Shown one piece after another: positions 55,639 through 64,000 of a stretch of DNA of 64,000 bases (position 1 is its first letter; every line of letters begins with the position of its first letter). The stretch is taken from assembly GCA_963755915.1 (NCBI GenBank), contig CAVWLP010000002.1, positions 3,424,001-3,488,000 on the forward strand. Direction: 5' to 3'. Under the pieces are notes generated by a model. It was not told the origin of the DNA. It ran no database searches and was given only the letters and a program-made list of their open reading frames with translations. The DNA is from an uncultured Phycisphaerales bacterium. Its GTDB lineage: Bacteria > Planctomycetota > Phycisphaerae > Tepidisphaerales > Tepidisphaeraceae. The position numbers and the translations under genes were made by a program.

Positions 55639-57712
55639 ATTCGTACCAGGGTCCGTCCTTGACCTTATTATTCGGGTCGTCCACCTTGATAAGGATGCGG
55701 ATGAGTGCCGGCATATCGTCGTGCCAGGCGGCGACGTAATGGGGGGGAATGGCGGCGTTGCCGAAGGCGGGAAGGGTAACGGTGGTGGTGCTGGGCGGGG
55801 CGATGACGGTGTAAGCGTATGTGTAAGCGGCCGTGGTATTCGCCGCGAGAAATTCGCCGTAATCGCGGTTGGGGGCGAAGCTGACGTCAACCTCCCATGG
55901 CGGGGCTATGACCACCGGCTTGGGAGGGGGGCCGGGCTGGGCAAATTCAAACATGGTGTAATAGTCACGAAGAGGGATGACATCGGTGAAATAGTTCAGG
56001 GGTGTTTTGGCGGGGGTGCCTCCATCGACTGTTGGGTCATCATTTCCGCCCTTGATCGGGGCGTTCCGGTCGAATCCACGGATCAGGACCAGGCCACCGG
56101 TGGTGGGATCTCCCGGGTGTGGGACGCCCGTGGAGCTGCGGGGCATTCCGTACCAGCGGATGTGCTTGTTGCCGTTGGCGTCGAGGTAATAGTCGATCTG
56201 ACCATCGGGGCCAAGGCCGGTCATTTGGCCGTCCGCGCCCTGCTGCATGTAATCGCCGGCGTACTCGACGACGAACTGGCTACAGTGCTGGAGAAAGTAG
56301 GGCGCCATTTCAGCCAGAGAGGCGGCGGTGACGGGATTTTGGATCGTCGGGTTGCACTGGGTGCGGGCGTACCAGAGCCCAGGATCAATTGCAGTAGGAG
56401 CTAGTATTCCAGCGTAGGTGGGCGACAAAGGGATGTAATTGACTGTGTAGGGAGGCAACGTGGTTTGAGCAGTCTGGGGTATGGTGGCGTTCACCTGGGT
56501 CAACGGGAGGGTGTAAACCAGCGGATTCCACCATAGCGATGTGCCGGTATCACCGGCTGACTGCCAACCGAGGATCGCATTGTCGATGAGGCGGTCGAAA
56601 TTCTCGGGTGTAATGCCGGCCAGATCATAGCGGGAGGTTTGGAAGAGATTGCTGGGTTGCGAGCCGCTGGTCGGGTTGTCGTTCGGATTATTGTCTTCGG
56701 TTCCGTAGCTCAAGGGGAGCAGGTTGGGGACATAGTTGCCATTTGCGTTGTAGATGCCGTGCGGGTATCGCGCGTTATAGGCGTAGTAGTAATCGCCGAC
56801 GGTGGTGATCGTCGTCGGGTCTTTCATGAGGGTTAATCGCCGGGAGAGGACCCAATCGGAGGCAAAGGCCCCGATGCGGGGGACGCCGGGGGTGGGGGTG
56901 GCGGGGGTGAGCTGATCGACGTAGCTGTCGTAGCCGGAGTTTCCGGCGGGGAGCTCGCTGGGGCCGTAGTATGCGCTTTGGTCGAGGGTGGGGAGGGCGG
57001 CGTGGCCGATCTCGACGTAGGCGTCGTTGGAGGAGTCGGAGGCGAAGTAGGTGCCGTCCGGGCCGGAGCGGCGGGGGTAGAGATAGTGGGCGATGAATTT
57101 CAGCAGGTCGGCGCGATGATTGCGCGAGTTGAGCGTGGCGATGGAGACATATTGCTGGGGGTTATTGGTTTCGAGGGTTGGCTTGGTGCCGGGCTGGCCG
57201 ATGTAGGCGTAGTTGCCGGCGTTGTCGATGGGGATGACGTTGGGATCGGAGCTGGTCTTGGCGTCGTCGGCGTTGAGGAACTGAGTGACGAACTGGCTGG
57301 AGATGATGAAGAGAGGCGGGGGCTTGGCGACGTTGTTGAGGTCGTTGAAGAGGACGGGCTGGGTGGATTGGGCGTCGGAGTTGATCTGGTTGAGGGCCTG
57401 GCCGGCGCCGACGGCGTCGGTGGCGCTGCGGAAGACGAAGTTGATGCCGACGATGAGGATGAGGACGAGGGCGAGGGAGATCATGAGCTCGATCAGGGTG
57501 AACGCAGCCCGGATGGGTGCGGGCGGTAGTCCGCGAAACTCAGGACGGATCCGGCCCCGGACGGCTGCGGGGGGTACACCGCGAAGGTTAGGACGGAGGC
57601 CGCGTGTCTGGAAACCCGAATTCCGAAACCCGAATTCCGAATCAAATCCGAAACCCGAATGACCGAATGTTAGGCGGGCGCGGCGTGGCGCTTTTGGGTT
57701 TTGTCTTTTCAT
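55619..57712 (-). CDS. GspJ/PilW-like prepilin protein
   Basis: AAFTLIELMISLALVLILIVGI, and C-terminal PALIRILIKVDDP. Confidence 0.8.
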   Translation of the reverse strand: MKRQNPKAPRRARLTFGHSGFGFDSEFGFRNSGFQTRGLRPNLRGVPPAAVRGRIRPEFRGLPPAPIRAAFTLIELMISLALVLILIVGINFVFRSATDAVGAGQALNQINSDAQSTQPVLFNDLNNVAKPPPLFIISSQFVTQFLNADDAKTSSDPNVIPIDNAGNYAYIGQPGTKPTLETNNPQQYVSIATLNSRNHRADLLKFIAHYLYPRRSGPDGTYFASDSSNDAYVEIGHAALPTLDQSAYYGPSELPAGNSGYDSYVDQLTPATPTPGVPRIGAFASDWVLSRRLTLMKDPTTITTVGDYYYAYNARYPHGIYNANGNYVPNLLPLSYGTEDNNPNDNPTSGSQPSNLFQTSRYDLAGITPENFDRLIDNAILGWQSAGDTGTSLWWNPLVYTLPLTQVNATIPQTAQTTLPPYTVNYIPLSPTYAGILAPTAIDPGLWYARTQCNPTIQNPVTAASLAEMAPYFLQHCSQFVVEYAGDYMQQGADGQMTGLGPDGQIDYYLDANGNKHIRWYGMPRSSTGVPHPGDPTTGGLVLIRGFDRNAPIKGGNDDPTVDGGTPAKTPLNYFTDVIPLRDYYTMFEFAQPGPPPKPVVIAPPWEVDVSFAPNRDYGEFLAANTTAAYTYAYTVIAPPSTTTVTLPAFGNAAIPPHYVAAWHDDMPALIRILIKVDDPNNKVKDGPWYEYVFKLK

Positions 57713-57747
57713 TCGGCATTTGGCAATCGGCAATCGGCATTTGTTTC

Positions 57748-58968
57748 TCAGTTGTTCGCTGTATTGATGCGGATGAAAGCGGAGGCGACGCCGATGTCCT
57801 GGTTGGGGCCTGTGAAGGGGCCGTCGTAGTAGCCATTGGTGGAGTCAAATGCGGGGGCGGCGCCGATGCAGAAGACGTTGGCGGTGAAGGCGGGGGTGGT
57901 GGAGCTGGGGGTCCAAGTGTTGGCGGCGGCGTCGGCGGGGGTGATGTCCCAGCCGGACTGGGCGACGTACGCAACGTAGGTGATGGTACCTGCGCCGCCG
58001 GCGGGGGCGGCGAAAGTGGTGGCGTTTCCGAGGCGGAAGAATCGGCCGATCATGCTCGGAGGTGCGCCCGGGCCTGGGGCGGGTGCGCCGGTGGCGGTGC
58101 TGATCAGAACGTATGCTCCAGTGCTGAAATTAGGAGAGGGGGACTGGGGCAAGGTCGCACTGGTGTTGTAGCCCATGAGGATGGTCGTTGTGCCGTCGGC
58201 GTTGTAAAAAAACATCGCTGGAATCTGGCCGGTGGTTTGAGGGGGGTAGCCGTAGATATATGGAGGGACGGGCGGGGGGACGGAGGCGGAGATTGTTGTC
58301 TGTCCGGAGGTAGGGACGAGGTAGAGATAGTTGGCGAAGTTGGAGTTTTGCAGGGCGATGACGTAGATGTTGGCGTAGGGGCCGATGGGCTGCGGGGGAG
58401 CACTTCCGGGGACCTGATCGCGACGATAGAAGCCGACCCAGCCGAAGCGTTTGTCGGCGGAATAGAGGGAGTCGGCGCCGAGGGCGGGGAGGAGGCCGGT
58501 GGGGGGAGTGGCGGAGCCGAGGAGAGAGGTGTTGCTGCCGGGGGCGGGGGCAACGGTGGTGATCGCGTAGATGGCGGGGTTGGCGCTGGTGCCGGTGGTG
58601 GGGAAGAGCGTGTTTGCGCCGGGTTGATCGGCGACGTTTTGGATTTTTCTGATGGCGTCGCGGGTGATGAGGGAGCCTTGGGTTTCGCTCGTGACGACGG
58701 CGGTTTGCTGGATGGCGACGGGGAAGATGCCGGCGATCATGATGAAGCCGATGCCGAGGATGATGACGGCGAAGAGGACTTCGATGAAAGTAAAACCCGA
58801 ATTCCGAAACCAGAAATCAGAATCAAATCCGAAACCAGAAGGACGAATGGCCCGGCAAGCCCTTCGGATTTCGTCATTCGGGCTTGATTCGGTATTCCCA
58901 TCGACTCGCTCTGCTCGCTCAGGGCCTGAGCTTGTCGAAGGCTGGTTTCTGGTTTCTGGTTTTCTCAT
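57748..58968 (-). CDS. GspI/PilV-like prepilin protein
   Basis: SGFTFIEVLFAVIILGIGFIMIAGIFPVAI. Start overlaps the upstream stop (TAATG). Confidence 0.8.
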   Translation of the reverse strand: MRKPETRNQPSTSSGPERAERVDGNTESSPNDEIRRACRAIRPSGFGFDSDFWFRNSGFTFIEVLFAVIILGIGFIMIAGIFPVAIQQTAVVTSETQGSLITRDAIRKIQNVADQPGANTLFPTTGTSANPAIYAITTVAPAPGSNTSLLGSATPPTGLLPALGADSLYSADKRFGWVGFYRRDQVPGSAPPQPIGPYANIYVIALQNSNFANYLYLVPTSGQTTISASVPPPVPPYIYGYPPQTTGQIPAMFFYNADGTTTILMGYNTSATLPQSPSPNFSTGAYVLISTATGAPAPGPGAPPSMIGRFFRLGNATTFAAPAGGAGTITYVAYVAQSGWDITPADAAANTWTPSSTTPAFTANVFCIGAAPAFDSTNGYYDGPFTGPNQDIGVASAFIRINTANN

Positions 58969-60205
58969 TACTTTGCCTGAATCAAAGCTCCACTCGTGGG
59001 ATTGATGAGGAAGGCGGTGCCGTTTTTGTCGATCCAGGCTTCTTCGATGAATTTGTCGGCGGCCTGGCTGCCGTTCGGAATCATGCTGGGGGAAGCGGCC
59101 TGAGTTTCAAATTGGCTGTCGGCGCCGGTGAGGGGGGGCGCGGATAGGTCATGTCCATATCGCTGAAGGGGTCGCCGCTGCCGAGGGTGACTTGCGAGGC
59201 CGGACTGCTGCCGACGTTCATGACCTGCATTGAGCAGTGTTGGGTGGCGTAGACGTCGTGGTCAAAGACGACGAAGCCGACGGATGACATCAGGGGGATT
59301 GTGGTGACCGTGGATGGGGGTGCAGCATTGACGTTGCTGGCGATGTCGTAGGTGTAGGTGCCAGTCATGCCGACTTTTGTGCATAGGAGATTGTCGATCT
59401 GGGTTCCGCCATTGACGAAGGTCTCTTGATAGGGGATTCCGAAGGGAATGGAGGCGAGGGTTCCGTCGGGGTTGAACATGATCACGCCGAGGCGGACGTA
59501 ACGGTCCAACGGGGGGACGTTGCTATTTGGGGTCTGGGCGCTGGCCTGGTAATTCCACTGATTGTTGTAGTTGTAGGTGTAAGTGTTCGCGTTGAAAGCG
59601 ACGCCAACGCCTTTGGGAAGGAGGGTGACGTCGCGGTAGAAATTGAAGTTGCCAGGATTGTTGGGGTCGGGGTTGTTGACGAGTTCGATGGTGTTGATGG
59701 GGCCGTTTTGATAGGTGGCAGGATTCCAAGTTGGGTTGTAATAACCAGGGATGAAGAGAGACGTGTAGGTGGCTGTGGTGCCGCCGTAGGGGTGGGCTTG
59801 CCAAAGGGTTTGCACCTGAACCTCGGCTACAGCGGTTTGCGTGGTTTTGGGGTCGATATAGAAGCAGACGCCGATGGTTTGGCGGTTGAAGATGGCGTCG
59901 GCGCGGGCGTTGGATAGGAAGGCGGAGATTTGGTTTTGGGCGGAGGCGAGGTTGGTGCCGCCTAGCAGGGCGTTCCAGACGGGGATGGCGATGGCGAGGA
60001 CGATGATGATGATCGTGAGGACGGTGATCATCTCTATTAATGTGAATGCCGAATGGGAAGTCTGGCGGATTGCCAATTTCCTATTTCCCATTTCCAATTT
60101 AGAAATGCCGCTCGAATTTCCGCCATTCAATAGGCAATAGGCAATGGGCAATGGGCAATCGACTCCCATTGATTCGGCATTCTGATTTTTCGGTTGGAGC
60201 TTCAT
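58968..60205 (-). CDS. GspH/FimT-like prepilin protein (frameshift at G run about 59132-59138)
   Basis: SAFTLIEMITVLTIIIIVLAIAIP, AQNQISAFLSNARADAI, IMFNPDG. True end FLINPTSGALIQAK* is in another frame. Confidence 0.8.
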
Positions 60206-60236
60206 GGCTCGATCCTGGTTGAGACTGCGTGCCGAA

Positions 60237-61168
60237 TCATGGCTGGAAGGAATAGATGTTGTCGTCGGTCATGTCGGAGGTCGGGGTGCCGGACGTGTAG
60301 CCGTGGGCGTTGCTCATGTCTCCATCGGGGCCGGCGGAAACAAAAAAGGGTTTGTTGGGAAGTGGGACCGTGGAATTGCCGGGAGTGTAGGCACTGGGGC
60401 CGCTAGGGTTTTTGACGCCCTCGGTGGTGATGACTTCAGTTTGATTGAAGCTGGGATCGACCCAGACGACCGCCAGTCCTCCACCGGGGACGAAGAGGAT
60501 GGGGTTGCCATAGCCGTCGAGGAGGAGGGGTATGCCGTTGGCGGCGTCCTTAACGACCTTGCTGGAGGGGAGATTATTCACAATCGTCTGGTTTTCGGGC
60601 ACCGTCAGCATCGCCTGCATGATGGCTTCGGTGTTGGCGATTGTTTCATGCAGGGCGCCGTGGTTTGGATTTGACAGGCCGATGACATCGGGAGAGATAG
60701 GGCCCTGGGGCGCCGGCACTTCACCTTTAGACCATACGAGCGACGCGGCCTGCGCGTACGATTGAGTTGATTGGCCTATCAGGTTGTAGAGCTGCATTAG
60801 GTTTGCGGGATTCGCGCCCTTGATCGCAAGTGTGTGAATGGGGGGGCTGTTGCCGGTTTGGGCGAGATTATACGGCACGTTTGTATTCAAGCCGCCCGCC
60901 TGCTCGTAATTGGCAAACATCGTGGCGGCGATTTGGAGCATCGTTTTGGTATCGCGGGCCTTGGCCTGGGCGGTGACAATTTTGCGCCGGCGAAGAAGAG
61001 GCCCATCAGGATGAGGATGATGCCGATGACGACGAGGAGTTCGATCATGGTGAAAGCGTAGTTGCGAGAGGGGAAAAGACGGGTCTCACGCAGAGGCGCA
61101 GAGGCGCGGAGAGAAGAACTCTGCGGCTCTGCGCCTCTGCGTGAGATAATCGCTTTTTCAGTCGTCAT
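60237..61168 (-). CDS. Prepilin / GspG-like protein (frameshift near 60980)
   Basis: [39 protein letters not shown]...DDNIYS. Confidence 0.8.
61084..61146. repeat. Palindromic element within a prepilin leader-coding region
   Basis: Perfect 20-bp inverted arms TCTCACGCAGAGGCGCAGAG / CTCTGCGCCTCTGCGTGAGA. Confidence 0.9.
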
Positions 61169-61238
61169 TTGGACCACTTTCCGCCTGCTGAATCATTCAT
61201 GATGTCTTGTGCTTTCGGCAAGGGAAACGGGGGGAATT

Positions 61239-62570
61239 TCACTGGGAGACGTTGCCGAAACTCGTGATGTTGTCAGCAGTTCCGTAAATTCCGTCCGGTC
61301 CCGCGGAGATGAGGATGAATTGATCGACGGCGCGGGGGCGGCTGGAGTAGTTGATGTACTTTGCCGAGGTGTTGGTCGGGGTGATCGAGGAGTTGACAAA
61401 AAAGTCATACCCGTCGGAGGCATTAGTCACGCCAGCTTTTGCCACAGCGGGAGGCGGCCAGCTTGTGGGCGGATAGTTTTGCGCCGTTCCTACGGCGTTA
61501 AGGTTGTGAGAGTTGCCTGTCGGGAGGCCGATGGACGTCCCTGTGTAGGCGTAAATGTCTCCGAGGTCATATTGAAATTCGGCGTAGGGCAGATTCGTGG
61601 TGGGGTCGGATGGCGCGGTCTGGCCGTACGTGGAGCCATTGACGAAGGAAAGGGTGCCTTGGGCGCCGGTCCTTGCCCGCAAGTAGAGGATTGGCATAGG
61701 GCCGGGGGTGGGGAAGCGATCGACGAATTCGGGAATAGGACTATCTCCGGCCATGGTTCCGGCCTGATCGGCAAACTGGGACAGCGTTCCGGCGGGGTTG
61801 TATTGGGTGGTCTGGCCGACGGCGCCGTTCGCGTTTGTTTCGGTCCACATCAGGTAATTCGATCCGGATGGGAAGAAAGAGGGCGTCCGGGCGGGGCTGA
61901 GGGGATTGAGGCTCAGGGGGCCGAGTCCGACTTCGGTGGGGGCGAAGGCGGCTGTATATGTCAACGCCTGGCCGTTGATTGTCGACGGAGCGCCGGCCTC
62001 AAGTCTGAGACCACCCATGAGGCCGAGGACGAGGTTCTCGGAGCCGGTTATGTAGTATTTGCTGGGAAGATTCGAGAACGTCGGCGGGTTGGTCGTGGTG
62101 TTGTACCAGAAACGCAAATAAGGGGTAGGAGTTCCACCCGTATTGACGCAAGAACTCTCGATCTGATCGTTACTCAGCGGCCCCGGATAGGCATTGAAGG
62201 TCGAGTAATACTGATTGCAGGCATTGGCGAGCTGGCTGATTTCGTTTTGGGTATCGGCGACATAGGCGGCCCGGCGGACGCGGCCGATGATGGGGAAGAG
62301 GAGGCCGACGAGAATGGCGATGATGCCGATGACGACGAGAAGCTCGGTCAGGGTGAATGCAGACGCAGCCCGGACGGCTGCGGGCGGTACTCCGCGAAAC
62401 TTAGGCCGGAGGCCGCGTTGCGAGTTGCGAGGCCGTAGCCGTAGGGTGGGCGTATTCGCCCACCGTTTGGTCTGTTGCTCATCGGGGATGGTGGGCGAGT
62501 ACGCCCACCCTACATGCCGAATGCCGAATGCCGAATGAGTGGAGTTGCGGGTTGCGGGTTTGGGAGTCAT
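61239..62570 (-). CDS. Prepilin / GspG-like protein with 71-aa leader
   Basis: [42 protein letters not shown]. Confidence 0.85.
   Translation of the reverse strand: MTPKPATRNSTHSAFGIRHVGWAYSPTIPDEQQTKRWANTPTLRLRPRNSQRGLRPKFRGVPPAAVRAASAFTLTELLVVIGIIAILVGLLFPIIGRVRRAAYVADTQNEISQLANACNQYYSTFNAYPGPLSNDQIESSCVNTGGTPTPYLRFWYNTTTNPPTFSNLPSKYYITGSENLVLGLMGGLRLEAGAPSTINGQALTYTAAFAPTEVGLGPLSLNPLSPARTPSFFPSGSNYLMWTETNANGAVGQTTQYNPAGTLSQFADQAGTMAGDSPIPEFVDRFPTPGPMPILYLRARTGAQGTLSFVNGSTYGQTAPSDPTTNLPYAEFQYDLGDIYAYTGTSIGLPTGNSHNLNAVGTAQNYPPTSWPPPAVAKAGVTNASDGYDFFVNSSITPTNTSAKYINYSSRPRAVDQFILISAGPDGIYGTADNITSFGNVSQ
62441..62513. repeat. GTAG-type REP doublet (REPIN-like) within a prepilin leader-coding region
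   Basis: GTAGGGTGGGCGTATTCGCCCACC and an inverted copy match at 23/24. Each arm is itself palindromic. An intergenic copy lies at 63368-63391. Confidence 0.9.
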
Positions 62571-62731
62571 CGGTTGGGGTGAGGCCGCTGTTAATTCTGT
62601 CGGGCCGGGGACGGCCCGGCTCGATGGGGGATTCGTTACCGCCGCTCGTATTTTACGGTCTGTCCAGTGGGTTGGAAGTAGGTTGCCTTTCTTTTGATTT
62701 ACGGGGGGTTTCTGGTAGGTTTAGGCAATCC

Positions 62732-63343
62732 ATGCAATGCCCTTATTGCGATGCGCCGAAGGAGAGTCTGAAGGTCATCGATTCCCGGACCTGCGACTCC
62801 GGGAAGGCGATTCGGCGGCGGCGGCAGTGCCTGGCCTGCCAGAAGCGGTTTACGACCTATGAGAAGGTCGAGCAAAACATCCGGCTGAGCGTAATAAAGA
62901 AGGACGGCCGGCGTACGCCGTGGGATCAGAAGAAGATATACGTCGGTCTGGAGCGGGCGTGCTTCAAGAGGCCGGTTGGGCCGGATGACCTTCAGAAGAT
63001 CGTGGACGATGTGGAGGAGGAGATTTTCAAGACGTATGACCGCGAGGTGCCTACTACTGCAGTCGGACAATTAGTCACCGAGCGGCTGCGGCGGGTGGAT
63101 CAGGTGGCTTATGTAAGGTTTGCCAGCGTTTACAAGCAGTTTAAGACCCTGGAAGAGCTGGTGGATGAGGCCAAGGCGGTGATCGATGCGAGGCGATATG
63201 AGGATCCGGGCCAGGGGGTGTTCTGGGAGGCACGGAAGCCGGCGGTTTTGCATGAATCAGACGGGGCGAATGGAGATGAGAGGAAGGCGAGGCGCGGCCG
63301 GGCGGGGAAGACTGCGGAAGCGGCGGAGGCGCGGGCTAGTTAG
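62732..63343 (+). CDS. nrdR: Transcriptional repressor NrdR
   Basis: MQCPYC...KVIDSR...IRRRRQCLACQKRFTTYE, ATP-cone VIKKDG, DQVAYVRFASVY. Confidence 0.96.
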   Translation: MQCPYCDAPKESLKVIDSRTCDSGKAIRRRRQCLACQKRFTTYEKVEQNIRLSVIKKDGRRTPWDQKKIYVGLERACFKRPVGPDDLQKIVDDVEEEIFKTYDREVPTTAVGQLVTERLRRVDQVAYVRFASVYKQFKTLEELVDEAKAVIDARRYEDPGQGVFWEARKPAVLHESDGANGDERKARRGRAGKTAEAAEARAS

Positions 63344-63367
63344 TTTGGGGTGGCGAGCACCGGAATC

Positions 63368-63463
63368 GGTGGGCGAGTACACCCACCTTACGTGTTGCAT
63401 TCGAATATTGAGTTTCGAGTTTCCTTACGGCAAACGCGCTCCCCTGCGGGTCGCGGCTAAACG
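63368..63463. repeat. Intergenic repeat cluster: single GTAG-type REP, heptamer run, and GCGGCTAAACG element
   Basis: 63368-63391 matches 62490-62513, and 63436-63463 matches 1957-1985. Confidence 0.75.
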
Positions 63464-63510
63464 GTTAATGGGTCAGTACGTGGCGGTCCGATAATCCCCG
63501 GAGGCGCTTT

Positions 63511-64000
63511 ATGCGGCGATGGTGTCGTTTGTTGCTGATATTGGCGGTCGCGGGTTGTGCGTCGACGCAGAAGCCGCCGGCGCCGAAGGCGCCGTTGTAT
63601 CCTACGCTGCCGCTTCAGCAGGTTCCGGATTTCATGCGGGGGACGCTGTTTGAGCAGGTGCGGTTTACGGGGCTGGAGCCGCTGCCGGTGTATGGGTATA
63701 GCTTGGTCGTGAACCTGCATAATACGGGTGACACGCGGTCGCCGTCGTTTGTGCGGGATTACATCGTCAAGCAGATGCTTTTGCGGGGTTTCGACAGCTA
63801 TGTAATGGGGGCGTTCAAGAACCTCGCGCCGGACGAGGTGCTGCGCGACAAGCGGGTGGCGATCGTGCTGGTGGAGGGTCGGATTCCCGTCGGGGCGCGG
63901 GTGGGGCAGAGCTTTGACGTGATGGTGCGGGCGCTGGAGCACAACAATACGACGAGCCTGGCACATGGAGATTTGTATGAAGCGGACATGAGCACACTGG
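63511..64000 (+). CDS. FlgI (P-ring)-like lipoprotein, 3' end runs off the window
   Basis: Not in the ORF track. Manual translation: MRRWCRLLLILAVAGC...VYGYSLVVNLHNTGD...VAIVLVEGRIPVGARVGQSFDVMV...TSLAHGDL. GGAGG RBS at 63500-63504. Confidence 0.75.
   Translation, partial: MRRWCRLLLILAVAGCASTQKPPAPKAPLYPTLPLQQVPDFMRGTLFEQVRFTGLEPLPVYGYSLVVNLHNTGDTRSPSFVRDYIVKQMLLRGFDSYVMGAFKNLAPDEVLRDKRVAIVLVEGRIPVGARVGQSFDVMVRALEHNNTTSLAHGDLYEADMSTL

Noticed and set aside
55638-55890. 84-aa N-terminal extension of the 1717-aa ORF
   Set aside because: It overlaps the upstream gene in another frame and has shadow-like composition.
1995-61168. About 15 genes split by frameshifts, suggesting mass pseudogenisation or programmed frameshifting
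   Set aside because: The breaks are single-base indels, often in homopolymers, spread across unrelated genes with intact catalytic motifs and no evident nonsense decay. This is typical of long-read consensus error. Read polishing would settle it.
2010-62438. Long antisense ORFs (for example 2330..3703, 6923..7933, 25285..26760, 57604..58887, 61209..62438)
   Set aside because: Shadow frames of high-GC genes, with no recognisable motifs.
1-64000. tRNA, rRNA, riboswitch or prophage genes
   Set aside because: None recognised by eye. A covariance-model search (Infernal/tRNAscan-SE) would be needed to exclude small RNAs in the gaps at 396-1000, 11340-11575 and 50435-50735.

Overview
64 kb of a GC-rich genome that looks like Planctomycetota, probably Phycisphaerae/Tepidisphaerales. 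This is inferred from PEP-CTERM proteins, a prepilin/H-X9-DG (DUF1559-type) protein, a LEPR-XLL protein and a TIGR04138-like protein. About 15 otherwise intact genes carry single-base indels, most likely long-read consensus errors. Layout: (1) 1-11.3 kb is housekeeping and transport (PfpI, ROK kinase, ABC exporter, TolC, MFS), with a small lower-GC two-gene islet resembling an orphan toxin/immunity pair. (2) 11.5-43 kb is a SusC/D-less rhamnogalacturonan-I utilisation locus: two LacI regulators, three LacI-type operators, four PEP-CTERM proteins, a prepilin/H-X9-DG protein, CE12, PL26, a sodium:solute symporter, two GH35 and GH78. (3) A LEPR-XLL surface-protein gene is cleanly split by a 2855-bp IS21 with a 6-bp target duplication. 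(4) yhaM, a six-gene pilin/pseudopilin operon, nrdR and an FlgI-like lipoprotein. The most striking observation is in the pilin operon: the leader or N-terminal region of every gene is built from palindromic or heptameric DNA repeats, several of which also occur intergenically in this window. They are read in frame into 38-71 aa leaders that prepilin peptidase would remove, and in two genes the repeat itself supplies the G/A-F cleavage site.
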